From assembly GCA_002269645.1 (NCBI GenBank), contig NIVC01002723.1:1-25956 (forward strand): 25,956 nt of DNA, written 5' to 3'. Shown one piece after another: positions 10,431 to 21,649 of this stretch (positions within the stretch are counted from its first letter, which is position 1; every line of letters begins with the position of its first letter). The DNA comes from Macrostomum lignano. Its lineage: Eukaryota. The notes below the pieces were generated by a model. That model did not search any database, was not told where the DNA came from, and worked only from the letters and a program-made list of their open reading frames with translations. The translations under genes were made by a program, and so were the position numbers.

Positions 10431-11875
10431 TGTTTGACATGGTTGCTCTTTTATGCTTGACATAGTGGCTCTTTAATGTTTAACATGGAGTCACGTATAC
10501 TTTTGACATAGTCACGTATATGTTTGACATGGAGTCACGTATATATTTGGCATGGAGTCACATATATGTTTTACATGGTGGCTCTTTTATAGTTGACATG
10601 GTGGCTCTTTTATGTTTGATGTGGTGGCTTTTTAATGTTTGACATGGTGTCGCTTCAATGTTTAACATGGAGTCATATATGTTTGACAAGGTGGCTCTTG
10701 AATGTTCGACATGGAGTCATGTAGGTTTGACATGGTGGCTCTTTAATGTTTGAAATGGTGGCTCTTTTATGTTCGACATGGTGGCTCTTTTATATTCGAC
10801 ATGGTGGCTCTTTTAGGTTTGACATGGTGGCTTTGAAATGTTTGACATGGTGGCTCTTTAATGTTTGACATGGTGGCTCTTAAATGTTTGACATGGTGGC
10901 TCTTAAATTTTGACATGGTGGCTCTTTAATGTTCTTCATGGTGGCTATTAATTATTCTACATGGTGGCTCTTTTATGTTCGACATGGTGGCTCTCTAATG
11001 TTTGACATGGTAGCTCTTTTATGTTTCACATGGAGTCACGTATATGTTTGACATGTTGGCTCTTTTATGTTTGACATGGAGTCACGTATATGTTTGACAT
11101 GTTGGCTCTTTTATGTTTGACATGGTGGCTCTCTAATGTTTGACATGGTAGCTTTTTTATGTTTAACATGGAGTCACGTATATGTTTGACATGTTGGCTC
11201 TTTTATGTTTGACATGGTAGCTATTTAGTGTTTGACATGGTGGCTCTTTAATTTTCGACATAGTGGCTCTTCAATGTTTGACATGGTGGCTCTTTAATGT
11301 TTGACATGGAGTCACGTATATGTTTGACATGGTGGCTCTTTAATGTTTGACATAGTGGCTCTTTAATGTTTGACATGGTAGCTTTTTTATGTTTGACATG
11401 AGGTCACATATATGTTTGACATTGAGTCACATATGTTTGACATGGTAGCTCTTTTATGTTTGACATGGAGTCACATATATGTTTGACATGGTGGCTCTTT
11501 TATGTTTGACATGGTGGCTCTTTAATGTTTGACATAGTGGCTCTTTAATGTTCAACATGGTCGCTCTTTTATGTTTGACATGGAGTCACATATATGTTTG
11601 ACATGGTGGCTCTTTTATGTTCAACATGGTGGCTCTTCTATGTTTGCCATGGGAGCCCTTTTACATTTGAAATGGTGTCTCTGTTATGTTTGACATGGTG
11701 GCTCTTTAATGTTTGACATGATGGCTCTTTAACATTTGACATGGTGGCTTTTTATGTTTGACATGGTGGCTCTTTTATGTTTGACATAGTGGCTTTTTAT
11801 GTTCGACATGGTGGCTTTTTTATGTTTGACATGGTAACTCTTTATGTTTGACTTGGTAGCTTTTCTATGTTTGAG
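10430..11875. repeat. 23-bp tandem array (about 60 units) with two monomer classes
   Basis: Class A is ATGTTTGACATGGTGGCTCTTT(T/A). Class B is ATGTTTGACATGGAGTCACGTAT. They share a 13-nt core. Confidence 0.95.
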
Positions 11876-11944
11876 ATAGCGCTTTTTTGTGCTTAGCATT
11901 TTGTTTTTAATGTGTTTTAATAAAAAAATCATTTTGCACTACTT

Positions 11945-12000
11945 AGATTCAAACCCAGGTCGCTACATTAGCAGTCCAGTCTGTTCGCATCTAGGCTATC
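11945..12000 (-). mobile_element. tRNA-like (SINE-type) head with A and B box-like motifs
   Basis: The minus strand has TAGCCTAGATGC (A-box-like, 11998-11987) and GGTTTGAATC (B-box-like, 11955-11946) at tRNA-like spacing. Confidence 0.4.
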
Positions 12001-12344
12001 TCTTTTCAATTGGAGAACATGAACTGTTGCCCTTATAATTCAATTCTTACAGCAAATCAGTAAGAGTAAAAAAGTATAACATAATCAATTTCTCAGTCAG
12101 CCAGTATCAGTCCCAATTTAAGTTAGCAATATGGTTACGCAATTTCAATCAAGTCGGGTGTGCATTTCTTTGACACCATTTTCAACCTGTTGTGATGCAA
12201 TCTTTATCAGAATTGAAATTCAGTCAGGTTTTTCTCTAGCATTTTTACAATGCATTTCAGGTTGAAAGTTTTGCTTGACCTTTGCAAAAAAGCATATTTT
12301 TAGAATATTTAGTCCCTTTAACATTGAGCAATTTCTTAGCCAGG

Positions 12345-12472
12345 ATGCATATACCGTCCCAGGAAAATTTCTGATCGAATGATGCAAGTTTAATGAAAAT
12401 CGGTTGAGCCATTTTTTCTGGAATCTATCTCACACATACACACATACACATAGACATTTTAATTTTTAGCTG
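12345..12472 (+). mobile_element. Possible 3' part of a non-autonomous Helitron/Helentron-like (Lep1/HINE-type) repeat
   Basis: AAGTTTAATGAAAATCGGTTGAGCCATTTT is followed by a CACACATACACACATACACATAGAC microsatellite. This resembles the recalled architecture of such elements. Recognised from memory only. Confidence 0.35.
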
Positions 12473-13019
12473 TTCACAGTTTACTTAATATGCAACCATT
12501 GCAATGATAGAATCCTTTTATCTGCCAAGATGACACTAGTCCCAAGGTTGCTAGCATCATTACCATGAAGCATGCAATAGCTTAAGCTGTTATGTTTCTC
12601 AGCATTGTCTTCTTAGATATTAGATGCTATCAATCTTTATGCTAATTGGCCAAAAAGTCACAGCTGCTATAGGCCTATACTAATAGTTGCTGCAAATATA
12701 TAATCTATTGTGGCTTGCCAAGCAGTTTCCAAATAGCAATTATATCTATATGTGGGATGTGGGCTCAGCTGTGGTAGTAGGATAGACTATAGAACCTTGG
12801 TTCACATGGCCAGGATAACAAGATAATTCCTAAATGAAGACAAAGTCATAATAGGCAGTTGTTATTGTTACGTTGACCATATAAATAACAAAATGCCATA
12901 ACAATTATTTTTATAGTTAATCATACATGCCTAACACCCGTCCAACTTGTCCAAACCGGACAGGTGAAATGGCTGCTGGCCAAGGTAAGTTGCAAAATCG
13001 AAAATGCAAAAAACGAAAA

Positions 13020-13112
13020 ATTGGGAAAAGAAAGAAATGAGGGGAAGAGAAAAGAAAAGAAAGGAGGGGAGAGAGAGAAGGGGAAAGAGGAGAAAGAAAG
13101 AGAAAAAGGCAA
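13020..13112. repeat. Purine-rich (GA) low-complexity tract
   Basis: Almost pure A/G, e.g. GAAAAGAAAGAAATGAGGGGAAGAGAAAAGAAAAGAAAGGAGGGGGAGAGAGAGAAG. Confidence 0.9.
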
Positions 13113-13154
13113 GAAAATTCATTTACAAAGTGAAATTAAGTTGCTAAGTCATAA

Positions 13155-13385
13155 TCAGGAGGAACTAAGTTGCAATTGAGAGGAACTAAGTCGCAATCGA
13201 GTGGAACTAAGTCGCAATTGGGAGGAACTAAGTCGCAATCGAGAGGAACTAAGTTGCAATTGAGAGGAACTAAGTTGCAATCGAGAGGAACTAAGTTGCA
13301 ATCAGGAAGAACTAAGTCGCAATCGAGAGGAACTAAGTTGCAATCGAGAAGAACTAAGTCGCAATTGAGAGAAACTAAGTTGTCT
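13155..13385. repeat. 21-bp minisatellite, about 11 units
   Basis: GGAACTAAGT(C/T)GCAAT(C/T)GAGA repeated head to tail. Confidence 0.95.
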
Positions 13386-13479
13386 TGAATCCCATATTCT
13401 AAATCGTCTTAAAATCCTCTGTAAAGCCTTTCAAATACCATATCTTGTTTTCCCTGTTTGCAAAAACTGACTTCCATTG

Positions 13480-14215
13480 TCCAGACTCAGACTCTCATGT
13501 CTTTTCTCTGCACTCTCGCTGTTACTCTCTTCTCCTTCCTCCTCTCTACCTCTTTATTTATCTCTTCTCCCTCGTGTTTCATCTGTACCCTCTCCTGTCT
13601 CCTGTTTCCTCTCTTCTCTCTTATTTCTCCTCTCTTCTCTCCTCTCTCATATCTCATATCTACTCACTTATCTATTGTCTCTCCTATACCCTCTCTCTTC
13701 TCTTTTCTCTCTCCTCTCTGCTCTTGTTTATCATATCTTGTATACCCTCTCCTTTCTTATCTCCCATCTTTCTTGCTTCCTTTCTACCATCTCGATTCTA
13801 TCTTCTCCCCTTTGTCTCTTCTCTTCTCTAATCTCTTCTCTCTTTTATTTTCTCAATCATATCTTTTCTCATCGCATCTTTCCTCTGTCCTCTCTGCACT
13901 CTTATCTTTACCCTCTTTCTTTCTCCTCACTACTTTCTTCTCTTAACTCTCTCATCTCTGATCTTTCATCTCTCTCCTCTCTTTTATTTCAGCTGTATGC
14001 TCTTATCCCTCCTTTCTTCTCTCATCACTCCTGTCTCCTCTCTGCTATCTCATAACTCCTCTCTCCTCTTCTCTTCTCTTTGCCTCTTCATTCCTACCTT
14101 ACTCTCCTCTTCTCTCCCATCTGTTATCTCTAATCTGTCCTCTCTCATATCTACTCTCTTTTCTATCATCTCTCCTCTATTTGTTCACTTTTCTCTATAC
14201 TTTCTCTTCTCTGAC
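13480..14215. repeat. Long pyrimidine-rich (CT) low-complexity tract
   Basis: About 730 bp dominated by CTCT, CTCTT and TCTCC. Confidence 0.92.
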
Positions 14216-14699
14216 TCATTTAATGTGCCAAATCCATCGAAATCCTCTCCATAAAAATGAACTCCCTCCCTCCCACTAGCCCACTAAAGCCAGTGACATT
14301 TATAGTAACATTCCATAGGGCCTACCTAATAAGGCAACAACTAAACTAAATATAGGCCTAGCCCAATAGGCAATAAGCTTCTTAGTTCTTAATATTTAGG
14401 CTAAATACATAAAAAATAAAAACACAATAGGCATAAGTTAGTTAAGGCAGTTAGGGTTATGAATAGCTAGAAATCAAATAGATCTAGGCCTATAAAGTAT
14501 AATTTATTTTTATTACTAGGTTTGTCCTAGTCAAGTCAATGTAAAAAACGGTAAATAACCTAATAATATGACTAGGCCTAAACCACGGACGAAATAATAT
14601 ATAATTTAGCTAAGTGTTTCTGGTTACACACTGCAAAATTACAGAAATTAGTAGGCCTAGCCCTACGCTTTCTCAAAAAGCACATTATGTTGAAAATCA

Positions 14700-15320
14700 T
14701 GCAGCAATTCGTCTATCTCACTAATGTATACGAGAACGAAAATCGGCCTTCAACTATTTTTACACGAATCGAGTGTTACGACCTTATATAACGAAGTGTT
14801 CCTAGTGGTCTTTGAGGCCTACATAGGATAGTATACGTAATAAGTTGTATACCGTAATAACAGATAGGGCCTATTCCGTCCACGCTGCGCGTGCGGTGGT
14901 ACACTGGTCCTGGACCTGACCTGAACCACTGAATGAACTTGACTAGGCTGATGATGAAAGTTAACGAAATTATTACTATTTAACATGTTTTCAAACATTT
15001 TGTATCAAAAATATTTTTATACAGTCAACTAATAAAAGAAAATATAAAAAGCTACACAAAAAAGCCTGATTTTATTCATTTGTTATGTTTACTTTTTTCC
15101 TGTAATAGTTTTAAAATGAAGTTCATCTCGCGTGAAATTATATGACGCACGAGAATAAGAACTAACAGCCGAACGTCATAGTCAAATCGAATAGAATATT
15201 TGCTGTCTTTCTGTGTGCCTTGGTTTCTTACTTACATCACGCGTTATACTTTTCTAGTTCGTTTTTTGTCTTTAAGTGCTAGCGTTTACGCCTAATATAT
15301 AGGAACTAACTTTGTCGCAG
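14700..15320. promoter_or_regulatory. CpG-retaining patch; candidate promoter of S6K and possibly a shared divergent promoter with ValRS
   Basis: By hand count, roughly 29 CpGs lie in two clusters separated by an A/T-rich stretch (about 14960-15120). The AT-rich stretch 2820-4840 has almost none. The patch lies just upstream of the candidate first S6K exon. Confidence 0.45.
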
Positions 15321-15452
15321 TTCTCATTACATTCATAAAACTTGGAATCTTGAACTGAAGCTGAACTATATTAAATTCTAACTAAATTTGTGAATATAAC
15401 TTGGTCGAGTCCTAGTATTTTTACTAGGCCTTTTACCTGCTAACTGCTAACC

Positions 15453-15590
15453 ATGCTGCAGCAGTATCGCCCAATATCTTTGCTGCAAAAGGAAATTATC
15501 AGTGTCAGTGTTCAGCCTCACAAAAAGACTTCAGAGTCTCCAGATTGTTCAAGGCCCATAGATGATATAATTGACTATAAGTCAGTTGAG
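15453..15590 (+). CDS. Candidate first coding exon of the S6 kinase (46 codons)
   Basis: ATG-started open frame MLQQYRPISLLQKEIISV...IDYKSVE ends at a good phase-0 donor GAG|GTAGGT. It is phase-compatible with the acceptor at 20722. No homology is recognisable. Confidence 0.35.
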
Positions 15591-15700
15591 GTAGGTGTGA
15601 ATTTTTCTTTTCTATAATAAATATAACCTAATTAAGTTGCAAAGTATCAAGATAAGCTAGACCTACTAAACAAATGAATAAATAAAACTGTTATTTTTTA

Positions 15701-16390
15701 TGGAGAGCTTGCCTGCATGGCAGCTATCCACATAGTGTTCAAATTGCATGCTTGGTAGCTGACTAGCCGTCTACCTAGCATTTTAATTGTGTGCATGGCA
15801 GCTGGCAAATGGGCAATATAGCTAATACCACATTGTACCCTTTCCCTCAAATCTGCACATTGTTTCTCACTGAACTTATTTAATAGTTTATTACTTGTCA
15901 TACATGCGCAACCTCCAAAATTCAGTCAGCCATGCAACTTAGTTTTAACAGAAATGCAATGTAGTTTTTGACCAAAAATGCAACTTACATGTAAAAAAAC
16001 CCTAGCGTAAGTAATGTAAAGCAAAATTAACACTACTTTGGGTAAATGGCAGGAGTAACTATGACTGTCTTATTAAGTCAAAATGCCTGATCAGCTACTT
16101 AGTACTACTACTTGGGTTTCTTTGGGTGGGCATTTTTGCAACTTCCTTATTTGGCTGCCAAATTGGTCGGCTGGATTGGCTGACTATTGCGCATATATGT
16201 TATTTGTTGTATCCTGTGTACAATATAATCTCAATTTATAGGCCTAGCTATTATTTGTTAATTCAATTTTTTTATTTCCAATAATTCAAACAATATATAT
16301 GATATACCATTTAATAAGTTTTAAAGGTTCAGCTGCCATGCATGCAATTTAAACACTAGGTAGACGGCTGCAGTGCACACAAGCTCTTCG
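15701..16390. mobile_element. Old foldback/MITE-like element with about 60-bp TIRs and TA flanks
   Basis: 15702-15761 aligns without gaps to the reverse complement of 16330-16389 at 48/60 positions. A second partial copy lies at 15763-15813. TA is present at 15699-15700 and 16391-16392. Confidence 0.55.
15899..16199. mobile_element. 301-bp non-autonomous element with an 8-bp TSD (hAT-type MITE), nested in the foldback element
   Basis: Left end CATACATGCGCAA and right end, reverse-complemented, CATATATGCGCAA match at 12/13. An inner AGTCAGCC/GGCTGACT pair is also present. Flanks TTACTTGT (15891-15898) and TTATTTGT (16200-16207) match at 7/8. Confidence 0.7.
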
Positions 16391-18419
16391 TATTTGTTAA
16401 CAAGGTTTCTAGATCCCTTTTATGCCTTTGCTGTGCTTTATGGTGTTTAGGATTTTGGTGCCTAACTTATAAGTAGAAATAGAAACAAAAATAGAAAATG
16501 AGCCAGGATTTAATAATAATTGAAAAATAAGCTTTGTTAGCCCTTAATTGTAACCACATTTTGGTTTCTAATCATATAGGGAATTTTTAAAAATATCCAT
16601 ATCCCTTTTGACCTACTAGGCAAAGCTATAGAGACTGGGTTGGGTCTTTGACTAGGCCAACTGATTAGGTACCAGTCATTTTGGTGAAAATTTGTTTTGG
16701 TGATAAAGGTTTCAGTGACAAATAGGCCTAGTTGTTTTAGTCTATATTCCCAAAATTCAAAAATGCTAGGCCTATTTTGTAGAAAAAATTCTTGCATGCA
16801 ACGAATAAGGTCCCAGGCAGTCTAGTACCATGTGCACAGTGTATAGCAAGGAGTCAAAAAAGTTTTTTGGCATGTTTTGCACAACAGAGCCTCTTTTAAA
16901 GTTTTTTTGGCATTCTACCACTCTTGCAGATTGTGGTATGTATACCAGAAAGTATCTGGCTATCTAGTAAAGTATACACTAATAAAGTATGCCAATTAGG
17001 CCTAAGCATTCTAGTAAATTGTATGCCAATAAAAATATGTGAATAGCATCACTTAAAAAAACAAAAATAATTAGTAAAAAATAGTTATGTCCATTATTGA
17101 TTAAAATATACTTCTTATTGGAAACTATAGAAAATTTTAGGATATTGTTTGAAAATCTAATTCATTGGCATGATTTTGCAAATTAACTTTTTTTACAATG
17201 AAAACATTATTAAGCATAATTTATACAATGATGTAATTTACTTTGATGCTTTTGTACCCTGCCTTGAAAGCTTAAACAAGTATAGTTAAGAATTATAAAC
17301 TAATGATTGTGCTTGAAGGTTATATTTCCTCCTTTTATGCTAGAAGTACACCAGGTAAAGCATTTGTATGCTAGATGTAAGCTAGTTAAAGCATTTGTAT
17401 GCTGAAAATTTTTGGTATATACTACATTTGCAATATGGCCAACACTATTGGCCACCACTATAACTACCATTTGTGTATTATGCAATCATACATGCAACTA
17501 CATAACATGGGCATTTTTCCTATCAAAATGCATTGAGGATGCTATAAAGTCCCCTATATATGGAGTCCTAAAAATTGGTGGACTGTGTGTGCCTTCCAAC
17601 CCCTCCATCCCGCTGTGCACAGCCAACTGAAGCCGCAGCAGCAAATCTTGATATCTGGTAATGCTCTTGATCAGAGTATATAATTACGCACAATTCAGGC
17701 ACACTCATCGATCAATCATGCCATACATGTATAAGGTATTTCACACCTGTCATGCTTAACACTAAATGTACAATGCACTATAAGAAGGCACAAGTAGACA
17801 TGAGCAGACAGATGCAAAGGCACAGGCAGACGCGCAAACCAATCGGCGATATTGGGGGGTGCAGTACCATAGTGGTGGGCTCTTGATTCATGTATTCCTT
17901 CTCATATAGCTGCACAAGACTTGGCCATGTTTTGCAAGCCCTGCGCCATGAGCAAGAAATCTTTCAAGCCGCCAAAGGTGCTGCATGCTGACCCCAACAA
18001 GGTGGCTATCCCACTAGCTGTGGAGCAAGATACAGATCGACATCTTTGGCAAACTCAATCATGGCACTGGCACCCTAGTCAATTGGACCACTGAAGTCAC
18101 TTAAGCGCAGTCCTTGAAATGAGTGCAGTACAGTTGCGCCATGTTTGAATTAGTTGAAAATTTGAGCATTTTTTAAACTTTTGGCTACTCCAACACAGAA
18201 TTGAATATTGGCCCTAGTTATATCATAATGCCACAAACTGATATAACAGCAGGAGTTTGGGTGCCCTTAGATTAGAAGAAATTATGTGCAATGTGCCCTC
18301 CCATCAAATAGCCCCCCCACTCTGAAATATGTTCCGACACTACTGGCTTGAGCTACAGCAGTACATTTACATGTAGTCTGGGGAGTCCTGCAGTCCGCGA
18401 GGCCAGCTTAATGTACAGC

Positions 18420-18550
18420 TGACCGCTTGAGAGCAGCATTGTTCCAGGCGAGGTGGTGATCGAGACCATTCTGCTGTACACTGTCAAGCAACAAGTTGAC
18501 GCGGCGCATGCTGGCCTGCTGTGTGCCCCCTTCAAGATCGCCTATGCGAG
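18420..18550 (+). mobile_element. Degraded non-LTR retrotransposon (RTE-like) ORF2 remnant
   Basis: With a frameshift it reads RLRAALFQA/VVIETILLY-TVKQQVDAAHAGLLCAPFKIAY. This resembles the recalled post-RT region of RTE-like LINEs (LFQAxVESILLYG..W......LDxxYTRLLRAAL), with the G..W segment deleted. Confidence 0.45.
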
Positions 18551-18942
18551 TGACCAATGTGGCTTTTGTATCACTGCACTGACTTGTTCCATCCAAGTGA
18601 CATGCTGCGCAGTCATACATGACCACATTCATGTATGTAATGGCTTGATTTGGAATGCTTTCTATATGTATGTTTTGCAAATACAGGACCTAGCCACTTT
18701 AAGCGTTATCTATTTGGTCCAGGTACTCCTCAACTACATGTACTACTTCTTAACTTCTGCACTCAAAATTTAGCATATACAAATGTGTAACACAGGATGT
18801 CAACCCCGTCATGCTGCATACGTTTCAAACACATGAGCGCATTATATTTTGTTAGTGCATGTACAAGCGTATAACAGAGACGCATCAATTGAAAGCTGGC
18901 AGATGTTGCAAAAGTGTATGAATATTAATTAGCCTGTTGACT

Positions 18943-19165
18943 TAGTCATTTCAGGGTTCAGTTTTACTTTTTTTGCGGCTGCAGGGGGTAGTTTATTGGC
19001 AGTTGACGAAGTGACCAATGTTGGAACACTTCCTGTTGGCTAGTTGACAAAGTGACCAAGGTTTGAGATTGCTTCATTGGCTAGTTGATGAAATGACCAG
19101 TGATAAAACCAAGTTGACGAAATGGCCAGTTGATGAAACGCCAATTGACGAAATGACTAGGACCC
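18943..19165. repeat. Cluster of about 16-bp AGTTGACGAAATGACC-type repeats bounded by a 10-bp inverted repeat; possible decayed MITE
   Basis: About seven GTTGA(C/T)GAA(A/G)TGACC variants at 19001-19160. TAGTCATTTC (18943-18952) is the reverse complement of GAAATGACTA (19150-19159). Confidence 0.55.
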
Positions 19166-19616
19166 AGCTAAGCGCATTGCAGAAAAAATTACATTAGAAC
19201 AAAAGTACTGTCAATTGATACTACTGCTGTACATGCATGTACACTTGTACATTTAGGTTTTCTATATGGCAAAGAGGTGCCTTAGGACTCCAGCCATGTG
19301 CACTAAACTGCATGACCTTTAATAAAAAAAATTGTGTTTGATCAAAATATGCTTATAGAAATCCAAATCTATAGACATCTGGCAAAAAATCCACTGTTCT
19401 ATATGCCTTTATTGGTCAAATTTTTTGTTTTGTATGCTTAGGTATAAATTATATCCTGGGGGTATGTAGATAGGCCTAATATTATCATTATTGGCATAAG
19501 ACTAGAAAGTCTAAAAATAACCATTGCCAACCAGTGGTGGATCCAAGAATTCTGTTTGGAAAAGATAGACTATTGGGGAATTTTTTTTACCAGACAACCA
19601 TCAGCATAGTTTATGC

Positions 19617-20024
19617 TAGGGGTCAGACGTGATCACGATCGTTATCACAATTTTGTGAATTCATGACCATTTTTTTCACAATCATGATTTTCTTGAAACC
19701 CATTCACAACAGTTGTGAATTTCCACTTTATTACATTTTTATTAGAAGTATAACTTTTCTACTTGGTTTACCAAAATATGTGAACACAAATGTGTAAAAG
19801 AGTAATAAATTTTAAATTTGTTGACTTGACAGCATTACTGAGTAGCTATTATCAATTTATAAATATTTCTTTTCTTGTTATGTTATTTTCAACACTTGTA
19901 ACTTACAAGCTCAAAATACGTGTATGCAAATATAAATTCACGATCACAATCACAATCACGCCCGACTTTGAAAATTTCACAAAATTTCACGCCCGACCAA
20001 AATTTTCTGCTCGTCCAACCTCTA
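19617..20024. mobile_element. 408-bp non-autonomous hAT MITE
   Basis: Left end TAGGGGTCAGACG and right end, reverse-complemented, TAGAGGTTGGACG match at 10/13. Perfect 8-bp TSD GTTTATGC at 19609-19616 and 20025-20032. Subterminal TCACGATC, TCACAATC and TCACGCCCGAC motifs. Confidence 0.85.
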
Positions 20025-20670
20025 GTTTATGCTCTGATATGTGTTCACTTGTTTTAGAATTCATAAGCAGCTATGTGTAAAATATATAACTAGAAATTTG
20101 ATACAGATTGCTTTTTGCAGCTTTGTTCTATCTATTATGGTTCAAAAGTTACAAGTGCTTAAAGTTCAAAAACATGATGGGACCCTATTGTGGAATGACC
20201 CAATTGGCCTTATTAATTTTAGTAAGAAATTTGAATTTTAGTTTTTTAGATTCTTAATTTTAAATCAGTTTTAATTTTTTCTTATTAATATTTGATTAGG
20301 CCTATGAAAAAAAGTAATTTTGTTTTTTTAATTTAAATTTAGAATTTTCATCAGCTTTATTATGTAGTATTTACTACTATTAGTTTATTTAAGGCCAATG
20401 GACCCTTTGTGGGTGCGCAAATTTCCTATGCCAAAACCACACACACTTGTCATCTTAACAATTCCTCTCCACATGAGCCACAGTTTCAACAATCCCCTCA
20501 TAGTCTTAACATATTAGTAATCTCTCCCTATGAGCATTGATTTCTAATTTAAACACCTTAGTCATTATTTCTTAAGATAATTTTGTATTATTATTTAAAG
20601 AAAACAAACAAATTTTTAGAAAATGTTATTAAAGCCTCAAATTTAAAGTTTTTTTTTTAAAATATTATAA

Positions 20671-21183
<513 letters not shown>

Positions 21184-21344
21184 TAAACTAATTAGATGAC
21201 GAAGATTTTAAGTATCCTATTAGACATGCTACTCCCGCCTTTACTCTAGAGGTATAATAACTAATACTAATAATGTAACGAAGATTTTATAGATGTAGGT
21301 ATAGTCATAGTTACTCCCGCCGTTTACCCTACAATTTTTATTGA

Positions 21345-21488
<144 letters not shown>

Positions 21489-21649
21489 TAAAATTGCACA
21501 TTGTTTATATTTTCTGTGAAGTCAATCTGTTTTTTTCCAAAGCTGAAGACACAAAAGACTGTTTGTGTCATAGGAAAATAGGAAATTTTGACGTTGGAGT
21601 TATGAAGTTGTATAAGGTATGAAGTATCGGTGATATCAACGGTCAGAGC

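Noticed and set aside
10430-11875. CRISPR-like look (constant core plus variable part)
   Set aside because: The variable parts are only 10 nt and fall into two recurring classes rather than unique spacers. The context is eukaryotic and there are no cas genes.
12768-12815. tRNA-like GGCTCAGCTGTGGTAG...GGTTCACAT
   Set aside because: Too degenerate for a tRNA, and the B box is too weak to call a SINE.
13170-14254. Leu/Ser/Phe-rich and QxRGTK-repeat ORFs
   Set aside because: They are translations of the CT low-complexity tract and the 21-bp array.
17870-18150. Possible decayed coding fragment on the minus strand
   Set aside because: All frames have multiple stops and the resemblance to a hAT C-terminal domain is too faint to support.
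18310-18345. Tip100-like right end CCCCCCCACTCTGAAATATGTTCCGACACTACTG
   Set aside because: No matching left end or duplicate of the flank GCTTGAGC was found, so no element boundaries can be supported.
19532-19560. Tip100-like left end CAGTGGTGGATCCAAGAA
   Set aside because: No partner end or TSD was found. It is a fragment at most.
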